51,372 nt of DNA from Gemmatimonadales bacterium (GTDB taxonomy: Bacteria > Gemmatimonadota > Gemmatimonadetes > Gemmatimonadales > GWC2-71-9), in assembly GCA_038321865.1 (NCBI GenBank), contig JBBQFH010000022.1:1-51372 (forward strand), written 5' to 3'. Numbering within the stretch: the first letter of the stretch is position 1; each line of letters opens with the position of its first letter. The position numbers and the translations under genes were made by a program. Below, in pieces: positions 37,228-45,905 of this stretch. The notes below the pieces were generated by a model. The model had not been told where the DNA came from. It ran no database searches and worked only from the letters and a program-made list of their open reading frames with translations.

Positions 37228-37730
37228 CGCCGGCGCGGCGCGCGCGGCAGGCTGAGCGTCTGCCAGTCCGCTCCCCGAAAGTGTTTCGCCAGTTGCACGA
37301 TCTGCCCGACGTGATAGGCATAGTGGCGGGTCTGGCGGAGGAGCGCCTGCAGCACCGTATGTGGCTCCCCGCGGATCGTCACCACGCGAGCCAGATCGTC
37401 GGGCGAGAGCGGCGTGACGGCGTCGAACAAGGTGCGCCATCCCGCCTCCCAGCGCGCCATCAGGGCGGCGCGTGACAGCCCGGGAACCAGATCGAATTCG
37501 CCATCACGGTCGCGGCCCGGCTTCTCGCCGTCGCTCGTCAGAAAGTCCGACCAGCGTGAGAGCGCGTTGCCGGCGACGTGCGCCACGAGCACCGCCAGGC
37601 TGTTCGAGCCGTCGTCCAGCGACGCGAAAAAGGCGCGGTCGTCCGCCTGCGCCAGCGCGCGCTCGGCCTGGTCCTTGAGCGTCCGGAATCCGGCCAGGCT
37701 TTCGGCCAGGAAGGCGGCGCCTGCGGTCAC
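37224..37730 (-). CDS. DinB/YfiT-superfamily protein (DUF1572-like)
   Basis: NS.A....H.AGN..SRW.DFLT.DGEK..RDRD.EF, IRGE, HYAYHVGQI. Confidence 0.85.
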   Translation of the reverse strand: MTAGAAFLAESLAGFRTLKDQAERALAQADDRAFFASLDDGSNSLAVLVAHVAGNALSRWSDFLTSDGEKPGRDRDGEFDLVPGLSRAALMARWEAGWRTLFDAVTPLSPDDLARVVTIRGEPHTVLQALLRQTRHYAYHVGQIVQLAKHFRGADWQTLSLPRAPRRR

Positions 37731-38131
37731 GGCTGCGCGGCGCGCTCCGGCACCGCGGCGATCGCCTGGATCTCGATCCCGTACCCGTAGTGAAGCGAGC
37801 CGACAGGTACGATCGCGCGCGCAGGCCGGTGCGCACCCATGACCCGGGCATACACGGCGTTCACCCGCGCCCAGTCATCCATGCTGGATACGTAGATCGT
37901 CATCTGCAGCACGTGGCCCAGGCCGCTCCCGGCCGCTTCTAGAACGGCTTCGACGTTTCGGAGCGTCTGTTCCGCCTGCTCCTCGATCGGGCCGGGCGGC
38001 CGATCGCGGTTGGCCGGGTCGAACGGCAGCTGCCCAGCTACGTAGACCACCCCGCCATGCACGATCGCCTGGGAATAATGCCCACCCGGCGCGGGAGCCC
38101 GCGGCGTCAGGATCGGTCGGATCTCGCTCAT
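37727..38131 (-). CDS. RidA/YjgF family protein
   Basis: AP.P.GHYSQA, YVAGQ, N.VY, RPARA, IEI.AIA. Confidence 0.92.
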   Translation of the reverse strand: MSEIRPILTPRAPAPGGHYSQAIVHGGVVYVAGQLPFDPANRDRPPGPIEEQAEQTLRNVEAVLEAAGSGLGHVLQMTIYVSSMDDWARVNAVYARVMGAHRPARAIVPVGSLHYGYGIEIQAIAAVPERAAQP

Positions 38132-38541
38132 GGCTCGCACCAACAGATCGTGGCCACGTAGGCCGACGAGTCCGCCGCTACCCCGGCGGCGGGCACCGGC
38201 GCGAGTCCGCTCAATCGCAGCACCTTTTTCATCAGTGGCACTTCGCGCGGGATCTGGCCGGTGTTAAGCACCACGACTTCCGCCGCAGCCCTTCCTGTCT
38301 TGACGTCGAACACAACCGCTGCGTTCCCGGCCTGGATGCATTGCACGTCGCGCGGGCAGCGGGAATCGCTCTGCACCGTCCGGAAGGTGACGACGGCCGA
38401 ATCTCCCAGACGAACCGACTGGCCTCGCCGGAGCTGGACTTCGGTTCCGGCCGGCCCGACCTCGACGGCCGTGGGCACCGGGTGCGCGGGAGCGCACGCG
38501 GTGAGGACCGCGGCGCTCACGAATACCACGAATTTGGTCAT
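38128..38541 (-). CDS. Lipoprotein of unknown function with DSRCP...C motif
   Basis: Lipobox VLTA-C; DSRCPRDVQCIQAG; ATGA-coupled to the RidA gene. Confidence 0.75.
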   Translation of the reverse strand: MTKFVVFVSAAVLTACAPAHPVPTAVEVGPAGTEVQLRRGQSVRLGDSAVVTFRTVQSDSRCPRDVQCIQAGNAAVVFDVKTGRAAAEVVVLNTGQIPREVPLMKKVLRLSGLAPVPAAGVAADSSAYVATICWCEP

Positions 38542-38591
38542 GCGGAAAGATGCGGCAATGAATGGCGCACGTCGAGGCCGCGCCGCCCGAC

Positions 38592-38981
38592 TCAGGAGCG
38601 GTCAACCTCGTCCGAGCCGGTGCGCATCGTATCGTGCCGTGCCGCTGTCCCTTCGTGGGCGTGACCCGTCACGCGGTCCCAGGCATCCCGCACCGCATCC
38701 TTGATCTCCTCCCAGGCGCTTCGATGCCCACCGGCGTGCTCGTACCGATCCCATCCCTCTCTGAGATGCGGCTCGGCATCGTCGAAGGAGCGGCCGGCAC
38801 TGTGGCGGGCGGACTCGAACCCATATCGATAGGCCGGCCGGAAGCGGTCGTAGTAGTCCGGCCCGATGGCATAGGGACGGCTGGAGAAGTTCTCATGCCA
38901 GAAGTTGTCCTCGGTCTCCCAGGCCGCGGTCCAGTCGTCCCGCAGCGGGTTCTCCGGGTCCAGGTGGTCGTTGCTGTCCAT
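38592..38981 (-). CDS. Acidic, aromatic-rich hypothetical protein
   Basis: The C-terminal 129 aa of ORF 38592..39644 read as real protein (YDRFRPAYRYG, FDDAEP.LR..W, SAWEEIKDAVRDAWDR); AGGA RBS. Confidence 0.8.
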   Translation of the reverse strand: MDSNDHLDPENPLRDDWTAAWETEDNFWHENFSSRPYAIGPDYYDRFRPAYRYGFESARHSAGRSFDDAEPHLREGWDRYEHAGGHRSAWEEIKDAVRDAWDRVTGHAHEGTAARHDTMRTGSDEVDRS

Positions 38982-38998
38982 GGTTGCGATTCCTGTCG

Positions 38999-39388
38999 CT
39001 AGGGTTGGCGGCGCGGAGGAACGTGCCGCAGGGTGCGTTTGGCCGCGGGGCGCGGTGCGGCCGGTTTGACCACGGCGCTGTCCGTAATGACCCGGACACT
39101 GTCCCACCGCGCACGTTCGGCCGCCGCCGCGGGAAGGCTGTCCGACGGAAAAGTCGGCGTCTGTCCCCGCGGCACATTGGCCGTGGGAGGCAGCTGCCGA
39201 CCGCCCAGCGTGTCTCTCGGCAGGGTAGGCGCGACGACGCCGCGCGGGACGCTCGACTCGGGCGGAAGCTTCCGACCAAACAGGGTATCGCGCGGAAGCG
39301 TCGGTGCCACCTGCGCGGCGAGCGGCGAGGCACAGGCGGCGAGCACGAGGATTGCCGGGATAGACCGGCCCAATAGCGAATGGCGCAT
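38999..39388 (-). CDS. Exported Pro-rich protein with internal tandem repeat
   Basis: Signal peptide; AGGAG RBS; peptide-level repeat conserved despite DNA divergence. Confidence 0.7.
   Translation of the reverse strand: MRHSLLGRSIPAILVLAACASPLAAQVAPTLPRDTLFGRKLPPESSVPRGVVAPTLPRDTLGGRQLPPTANVPRGQTPTFPSDSLPAAAAERARWDSVRVITDSAVVKPAAPRPAAKRTLRHVPPRRQP
39134..39310 (-). repeat. Approximately 25-aa tandem peptide repeat (two full copies and one partial)
   Basis: VAPTLPRDTLFGRKLPPESSVPRG / VAPTLPRDTLGGRQLPPTANVPRG / QTPTFPSDSL. Confidence 0.85.
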
Positions 39389-39418
39389 CTGCTGGCTCCT
39401 GAAACAGTGTCGTCGTGC

Positions 39419-39461
39419 ATCCTAGCTCCCTCGCGCGGCGCCCTCTGTGACCCGGGCCACC
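39419..39461 (-). promoter_or_regulatory. CRP/FNR-family site at -41.5 with -10 element
   Basis: Minus strand GGTGG-N6-TCACA (39461-39446), 21 nt, then TAGGAT (39424-39419). Confidence 0.55.
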
Positions 39462-39486
39462 GATCGGCGTGCTTATCTTGGGAGCG

Positions 39487-40317
39487 ATGAATTCTGGCTC
39501 CGCTCTCCGGGCTTTGTTCGGCGCGACCGGGCGTCTCGCGCCGACTGTCGCGGCCCACTGGGCCGAGATCCTGTTCTGCCGCCCACCGTCACAGGCGACG
39601 CGTCCGGGCGAGGACGAGTTCATGGAGACCGGCCGCCCATTCACGATGCTGCACGCCGGCGAGGATCTGCACGGATGGGACTGGGGCGAGGGGCCGGCGG
39701 TCCTGCTGGCCCACGGCTGGGGGAGTCGGGCGGGCCGCTGGTCCGCGCTGGCGCCGGCGCTGGTCGCGGCGGGATATCGGGTGATCGCCTATGACGCGCC
39801 GGCGCATGGCCGCTCCGGCGGAAGCGGCTCCTCGCTGCCGGAGTTCAGCCGGGCGCTTCGGGCGATGGCCGCGCACGTCGGGCCGCTCCACGGCGCGGTG
39901 GGCCATTCCCTCGGCGGGGCGGCGATCGCCGTCGCGCTGAGTCACGGGCTCCGGCTCGAGCGTGCGGTGCTGATCGCCGCGCCCGCCGACGCCGTCTCCT
40001 ATGCCGACCGGTTCGCCGAGTACCTCGAGCTCTCGCCGGAGGTGCGGACACTCATGCGGCAGAACCTCGAGCGGCGGCTTTCCGTGACCTGGGACCAGCT
40101 GCACGTGCCGACGATTGCCGGCGCGTTCACCACCCCCGCACTGATCATCCACGATCGCGACGACAAGGATGTGCTTCCGGCCGATGCCGAGGCGATCGCC
40201 GGCGTATGGCCGGGAGCCGAATTGCTGCTGACGACCGGGCTCGGCCACCGGGCGATCATCCGCGACGCGGAGGTTGTGCGGCGCTCGGTCGAGTGGCTGG
40301 GCGGAACTGGTCCGTGA
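39487..40317 (+). CDS. Alpha/beta fold hydrolase
   Basis: LAHGWGS, YDAPAHGRS, GHSLGG, HDRDD, GLGH. Confidence 0.9.
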   Translation: MNSGSALRALFGATGRLAPTVAAHWAEILFCRPPSQATRPGEDEFMETGRPFTMLHAGEDLHGWDWGEGPAVLLAHGWGSRAGRWSALAPALVAAGYRVIAYDAPAHGRSGGSGSSLPEFSRALRAMAAHVGPLHGAVGHSLGGAAIAVALSHGLRLERAVLIAAPADAVSYADRFAEYLELSPEVRTLMRQNLERRLSVTWDQLHVPTIAGAFTTPALIIHDRDDKDVLPADAEAIAGVWPGAELLLTTGLGHRAIIRDAEVVRRSVEWLGGTGP

Positions 40318-40577
40318 TCGTGATGGACCGCCACAACCTGCATGCGCCGGGATGGTCACACGTCGTCTCCACCACCGGGGATATCGCGGAGCTGGACGCC
40401 TTCCGGCGGCGCGTAGGTGCCCCCGCCGCCGCACTCCAGGTTGCAAACGAGAAATGGCCCCACCTCGATCTCAAGGAGGAGCCCCGCAACAGGGCGCTGG
40501 CCTGCACCGATATCGTGATCGTGGAGCGGACTCGCGACCTGATCAGCTACGTGCGGACGGTGCGCTCGAGCGTGTAG
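40314..40577 (+). CDS. Small protein, DUF4031-like
   Basis: WSHVVS...AELDAF..RVG....Q....PHLDL...R..A pattern; GTGA overlap with the hydrolase. Confidence 0.6.
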   Translation: MIVMDRHNLHAPGWSHVVSTTGDIAELDAFRRRVGAPAAALQVANEKWPHLDLKEEPRNRALACTDIVIVERTRDLISYVRTVRSSV

Positions 40578-43500
40578 TCGCGGCCCCGGATGGCCACAAG
40601 AAGCGTGGGGATCGCGAACAGCGTGATCGGTGTCGACAGGGTGAGCCCGCCGATGACCGCGAGCGCCAATGGCCGCTGCAGCTCGCTCCCGGCGCCGAGG
40701 CCCAGCGCCAGCGGCAGCAATCCGAACAGGGTGCAGAGCGTCGTCATCAGGATGGGACGCAGGCGGACCCGTGCCGCCTCGCGAATTGCCGGCTCGAGCG
40801 CGAGTCCGTGCTCGCGCATCTGGTGGCGGGTGAAATCGAGCAGGATGATTCCATTCTTGACGATGAGACCGACCAGCAGGATCAGCCCCATGAAGGACGA
40901 CACGTTGAGCGGCGTTCCCGTGACCAGCAGCAGGACCATCGCACCGACGAACGACACCGGCGCCGCCAGCACCACGATCAGCGGTTCCACGAACGACTCG
41001 AACTGCACCACCATCACCGCCACCACGCTGACCGCCGCGAGCCCGAGTACCACCAGCAGTGCCCGGAACGCCTCCTGCTGGCTGGCATACTGTCCGCCGA
41101 TCTCGAGCCGGATGCCCGCCGGCGGCGGTGACGCGGCCAGCACCGCCTTCACGTCGGCCATGACGCCGCCGAGCGACCGGCCGCTCACGTCGGCGGTGAT
41201 GGCGATCATCTGCTGCTGGTTCTCGCGCAACAGCTGCGCCCGCGATTCGGCCGGCGTCAGGGACGCGAGCGCCGACAGCGGCGTGGCCTCGTGCGATGGC
41301 CCGACGACCGGCAGCGCGTTGAGGCGAATGGGATCGAACCGGACCGAATCGGGCGCCCGCACACGGACGCCGATCGTGCGGTCGTCGAGCCGCACCTCGC
41401 CCGCGGGCACCCCGAGGAGCGGCGCGCTCACCGCCGCACCGACGTCCTCCGCCGTGAGGCCGGCGCGCCGGGCGTCGGCCGGCCTGACCCGCAGGAGCAG
41501 CTCGGCGTTCGGCTCGCTCACGCCGCTGTAGAAGTCCTCCAGCCCGTCCACCTTTTCGAGTCGCGGCTCGAGCCGGTGCGCGTAGGCTTCCAGCACATCG
41601 AGCTGCTCGCCGAACAGCTTGATCTCGACCGGCTTGGCGTTCCCGGCAAGATCGTTGATCACGTCGGACAGAATCTGGACGAATTCGAGGTGCAGGCGAG
41701 GCGCCGCCGACTCGATCGTCGGGCGGACGTCGTCGATCACTTCGAAGACGCTCCGCGATCGCTGGCCGCGAGGCTTGAGCCGCGCGACGATGTCACCGGT
41801 GTTCTGCTCGGTGGCGAAGAGGCCGAGTTCCGCACCGGTTCGGCGCGAGGTTCCCTCGATTTCGGGCGTACGCGACAGGATCCCCTCCGCGAGCTTCACC
41901 TGCCGGTCGGTTTCGGCCAGTGCGGTGCCGCCGGGGGTGAAGTAGTCCAGCACGAACGCCCCTTCGTCCATCTCTGGCAGAAACCCCGAGCCGACGAACC
42001 GGTGGGCAAGGATGCCCACGGCAATCAGGGCGACCGCGCCGACGAGCATCAGCCGGGGGTGGTGGAGCGACGCACCGAGGGCCCGCTCGTAGCGGTCGGC
42101 GAGCCCGTCGATGCCGCGCCCGATCCGCGCCAGGATCCCGGGATGTGCGTTGGCGTCTCCGTCGTCCTCGATATGGCTCAGAAACTGATCGCCGAGCAGC
42201 GGAACGATGGTGAGGGCGAGCACGAGGGACACGAGCACCGCGATGGTGAGCGTGAGCGACAGGGCCTTGAAGAACTGCCCCACAACGCCCTGCAGCATGC
42301 CGAGCGGCAGGAAGACGACCACCGTCGTAATCGTGGATGTCGTGACCGGCCAGATCAGCTCCTGCACCGCCTGCCGGATCGCGACCCTCCGGTCATCGGT
42401 CAATCGAAGGTGCCGCGCGATGTTTTCCGTGATCACGACTGCGTCGTCGATTACCAGCCCGATGGCGATGGCCATGGCGCCCAGCGTCATCAGGTTGAAC
42501 GTCTGGCCGAAGAGCCGCATCACGAACACGGTGATGGCGAGCGTGAGCGGGATGGACGTCGCGCTGATGGCGGTAATGCGGCCGTGGCGCAGGAAGACGA
42601 GCAGGATGAGCGTGGCGAGCGCGGCGCCGATCAGCATCGCGTCGCGGACCGAGCGGACGGCGTCGCGCACCAGCAGCGCCTGATCGTACACCGGCTTCAG
42701 GCGCACGCCCGGGGGCAGCGTCCGCCGGAATGCCGCCGCGACCTTCGACACGCTGTCGGCGATGGCGACGGTGTTGCCGCCGATCTGCCTGGTGACGTTG
42801 ATCAGGGCGGCCGGCCGGCCGCCGTCCCCGGCGATGGCGCGGACGTGATCCTCGGTGCCGACCACGACGCGGGCGACGTCGCGCACCGTGAGGCCCCCCG
42901 GCAGCGCGACGGACGCGATGTCGTCGGCGGTGTGCGCTTCCTGGTCGGTGACCACGAGGTACTGCCGGTAGTCCTTCGCCACGCGCCCAACGGCCTGGAC
43001 CGAGATGGTCTTGCCGATCGCATCGGCGAGATCCTGATAGCTGAGACCGGCCGTCACGAGCCGTGCGGGATCCGCGATGACCTCGATCTCGCGCACGTCC
43101 TGCCCCTGCACGTCCACTCGCCCAACGCCGGGGATGCGCGAGATCACCGGCTTGATCTGATACCGGGCGATATCGTACAGTGTCGCGGGGTCCCCGCCTT
43201 CGAGATTGTACGAGACGATCGGAAAGAGCGACGGTGTCATTCGCTCGACTTCGACATCGATCCCGGCGGGAAGATCGGTGCCGGCCTTGTTCACGCGCGC
43301 CTGCACCAGTTGCAGCGCCGTGACCATGTCGGCATCGGGCGCAAAGTCCACCGTGATCTCGACACCGCCGCGAATCGTCTTCGAGCGCACCCGCCTGACA
43401 CCCGGCACGATGCTCACCGCTTCCTCGATCGGGCGGGTGACACTGAAAACCAGCTGGCGCGCTCCCAGCGCCGATCCTTCCGCGACGATCGTGACGCGCG

Positions 43501-43627
43501 GAAAGACGAGCTCGGGGTAGATCGCCGAGGGGAGCCGGAGCGCCGCCCAGATGCCGGCCGCGCTGAGGAGCGCGATCGCGAGATAGATGAAGCGCCGCTG
43601 GCCGACCAGCAGATCGAACAGCTTCAC
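40547..43627 (-). CDS. RND efflux transporter permease subunit
   Basis: 1026 aa; AIGLVIDDAVVITENI, GFLPEMDEG, GLIVKNGI, RLRPILMT, ELQRPLALAVIGGL. Confidence 0.95.
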   Translation of the reverse strand: MKLFDLLVGQRRFIYLAIALLSAAGIWAALRLPSAIYPELVFPRVTIVAEGSALGARQLVFSVTRPIEEAVSIVPGVRRVRSKTIRGGVEITVDFAPDADMVTALQLVQARVNKAGTDLPAGIDVEVERMTPSLFPIVSYNLEGGDPATLYDIARYQIKPVISRIPGVGRVDVQGQDVREIEVIADPARLVTAGLSYQDLADAIGKTISVQAVGRVAKDYRQYLVVTDQEAHTADDIASVALPGGLTVRDVARVVVGTEDHVRAIAGDGGRPAALINVTRQIGGNTVAIADSVSKVAAAFRRTLPPGVRLKPVYDQALLVRDAVRSVRDAMLIGAALATLILLVFLRHGRITAISATSIPLTLAITVFVMRLFGQTFNLMTLGAMAIAIGLVIDDAVVITENIARHLRLTDDRRVAIRQAVQELIWPVTTSTITTVVVFLPLGMLQGVVGQFFKALSLTLTIAVLVSLVLALTIVPLLGDQFLSHIEDDGDANAHPGILARIGRGIDGLADRYERALGASLHHPRLMLVGAVALIAVGILAHRFVGSGFLPEMDEGAFVLDYFTPGGTALAETDRQVKLAEGILSRTPEIEGTSRRTGAELGLFATEQNTGDIVARLKPRGQRSRSVFEVIDDVRPTIESAAPRLHLEFVQILSDVINDLAGNAKPVEIKLFGEQLDVLEAYAHRLEPRLEKVDGLEDFYSGVSEPNAELLLRVRPADARRAGLTAEDVGAAVSAPLLGVPAGEVRLDDRTIGVRVRAPDSVRFDPIRLNALPVVGPSHEATPLSALASLTPAESRAQLLRENQQQMIAITADVSGRSLGGVMADVKAVLAASPPPAGIRLEIGGQYASQQEAFRALLVVLGLAAVSVVAVMVVQFESFVEPLIVVLAAPVSFVGAMVLLLVTGTPLNVSSFMGLILLVGLIVKNGIILLDFTRHQMREHGLALEPAIREAARVRLRPILMTTLCTLFGLLPLALGLGAGSELQRPLALAVIGGLTLSTPITLFAIPTLLVAIRGRDYTLERTVRT

Positions 43628-44709
43628 TTCGCGCGTCCAGCGGCCGAATCCGGCCTCCCGGCGGCGGCAGGCGCGACCACCCTGGCGCTGTCCTGCATGC
43701 CGTAGGCGCCGTAGGTCACCACGGTCTGGCCCGCCGCCACGCCTTTGGTGATCTCGACCGCGCTCTGGGTCCGTCCGCCCACTTCGACCGGGGTTCCGTG
43801 GGCGATCCCGCCCGCGTCCACCACGAACACCTTGTAGCCCTCGCCCTCCGGCACCAGCGCTTCCGGCGGCACCGTGACGGCATCCGCGTGGCTGGCCACG
43901 GCGATGCGCCCGAACACCGTCTCACCGATGCGAAGGGTGCGAGCCGGCGCGGTGACACGTACCCGGACCGGCACGCCGTGTGACGCCGAGTCGACGGCGG
44001 CCGCCACATCGGCGACGATGCCCGATCCCAGCGCCTCGCCCGCTGCGTTCTGACCGCCGCTGAGCGTCACCGCCGCGCCGGGCTTCACCTGCCCTGCCTG
44101 CGTGGGAGACAGCGTGAGGGTAACGTCGAGCGCCGCCGGGTCGGCGATCTCCACCAACGGCTTTCCCGCGTCAGCCGAGGCGCTGAGCACCGCGTCCATC
44201 CGGGTGACGACACCTCCGATCGGGGCGCGGAGCGTCGCCAGCGCCTGGGCATGTGCCGCGACCGCCGCCGTCCCCCGCGCCGACGCGAGATCGGCCGCGG
44301 CCTGCTCGGCCTCCTTCCGCGGCAGAATGCCCGCCTCGGTGAGTCGCTGCGAGCGCTCGTAGGCATGCTGCGCGTTGGTGAGCGCGGCGCGCGCGGTCTG
44401 GGCTTCGGCCGCGAATGTCGTCTGGTCGAACGCCACCAGCGGCTGCCCCGGGCGCACCCGGTCGCCACGGGCGACGTAGACATGGGTGACGCGCGTGGCC
44501 GCCGGGGCGCCGAGCTCGGCCACGCTGCCGGGCCGCGGGGCTACTTCGCCGATCGCATCCACGGTCTGCACGAACGTCCCGCTCGCGGCCACCGCCGTCC
44601 TGGCGCCGACGACCGCCGGTACCCCCCCATCGGCGGCCGCCTCGTCGTCCCCTCCCTTGTGGCAAGCCGGGAGCAGCAGGAGCAACGCGAGCGCACGCGA
44701 TCGAGTCAT
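43624..44709 (-). CDS. RND periplasmic adaptor (MFP) lipoprotein
   Basis: Lipobox LLPA-C; GDRV.PGQPL, LRAPIGGVV, VPPEAL. Confidence 0.92.
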   Translation of the reverse strand: MTRSRALALLLLLPACHKGGDDEAAADGGVPAVVGARTAVAASGTFVQTVDAIGEVAPRPGSVAELGAPAATRVTHVYVARGDRVRPGQPLVAFDQTTFAAEAQTARAALTNAQHAYERSQRLTEAGILPRKEAEQAAADLASARGTAAVAAHAQALATLRAPIGGVVTRMDAVLSASADAGKPLVEIADPAALDVTLTLSPTQAGQVKPGAAVTLSGGQNAAGEALGSGIVADVAAAVDSASHGVPVRVRVTAPARTLRIGETVFGRIAVASHADAVTVPPEALVPEGEGYKVFVVDAGGIAHGTPVEVGGRTQSAVEITKGVAAGQTVVTYGAYGMQDSARVVAPAAAGRPDSAAGRAK

Positions 44710-45905
44710 CGGACCGGTACCGTGAGGGTGAAGAGACGGACGGCGGCGGCCGCGATGTTGGCGGCCGCGAGATCGTCGATGTACTGCGCCAGGGCCTCCC
44801 GGGCCGAACGGCGCGCTTCCAGCACGTTTGGCAGCGCGATCGCCCCCTCGGCGTATGCCACGAGCGACATCGTCGCCACCCGGACCGCGCTGCCGACGAG
44901 TGCGCTGTCCCGCGCGGCGCGCACAAGCACGGAGCGCTGCTCCCGGAATGCGCGCGCCGCGGCCGCGGCGCCTTCCCGCCGCGCCACCGCGAGCTCGGCC
45001 TCGGCCCGCGCAATGTTGGCGCCGGCCAGCGCGATCGCCGCTCCATTGCGATTGAACAGCGGCAGCGGGATCGAAAACCCGACCAGCGGCAGCACGCCCG
45101 GCTCATCACCCTTGGGGTCTCCGGTCTCGAACCCCGCCGTGATGCTCGGCGCGCCGAGCCAGCCGCGGCGGGCAAGGAGCTGCCCCTGCTGCTCGGATCG
45201 CAGTGCCGCCTCGGCTGCCGCCACCTGGGGCGGAGAGCCGGAGTCGGTCATGATGGCCTGCGACGGCGGCATGGTGAGTGAATCGACCGGAATCACGAGC
45301 GGGCGGTCGGCCGGCAACCCGATCACGGCTTGCAGATCGAGGATCGCCGCGATCACGGCGAGGGAATCGTCGGTCGCCGTGTTGGCGGCCTGCCCCGCCG
45401 CGACGGTGGCGAGCTGCACGTCGAGCTCGCTCGCATCCCCGGCATCCCGACGAATCGTCGCCATGCGGAGCAGGGTGTCGGCGTCCATCGCGTTGCGCCG
45501 GGAGAGGCGGGCGTGGGCCGCGGCCGACAGCGCCCGGGTGTAGGCGGTGTCCGCGTCGAACGCGGCAGCCGCGCGCTCGAACGCGAACCGGTAGCGCGCC
45601 GAAACGAGTGCCGCGCGCGCCACTCCGACACGGGCCGCGCGGAGCCAGAGGAAGTCGAGGGGGATGTCGAGTGATGCGTGGTATTGCGGTACCGACTTGC
45701 TGTAGCTGGCGCTCGCCGTCGGGTTTTCGAGCATCCGGGCACCGGCCAGCGTCGCTGCGCTGATCGCGGTATCCGCCCGCGCGAGCGCGAGACGGGAGCC
45801 GCGTGTTTCCGCGGCCTGTACGGCATCAGCCCGGGTGAGCGGCTGCTGCGCGGTCGCCGGGGCGGCGACCGCGAGCGACAGCATCAGCGTGAGCGGAGCC
45901 CTCAC
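44706..45905 (-). CDS. TolC/CzcC-like outer-membrane factor
   Basis: Signal peptide; ENP, GDASELDV, SIPLPLFNRN, AYAEG....VLEARR. Confidence 0.88.
   Translation of the reverse strand: MRAPLTLMLSLAVAAPATAQQPLTRADAVQAAETRGSRLALARADTAISAATLAGARMLENPTASASYSKSVPQYHASLDIPLDFLWLRAARVGVARAALVSARYRFAFERAAAAFDADTAYTRALSAAAHARLSRRNAMDADTLLRMATIRRDAGDASELDVQLATVAAGQAANTATDDSLAVIAAILDLQAVIGLPADRPLVIPVDSLTMPPSQAIMTDSGSPPQVAAAEAALRSEQQGQLLARRGWLGAPSITAGFETGDPKGDEPGVLPLVGFSIPLPLFNRNGAAIALAGANIARAEAELAVARREGAAAAARAFREQRSVLVRAARDSALVGSAVRVATMSLVAYAEGAIALPNVLEARRSAREALAQYIDDLAAANIAAAAVRLFTLTVPVR

Noticed and set aside
38547..38575. CGAC-N17-GCATC as a second target of the ECF at 30312-30872
   Set aside because: Equally explained as a sigma70-like TCGACG-17-CATCTT leaderless promoter; too ambiguous to call.
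41291..43705. 804-aa plus-strand ORF
   Set aside because: Antisense shadow of the RND permease.
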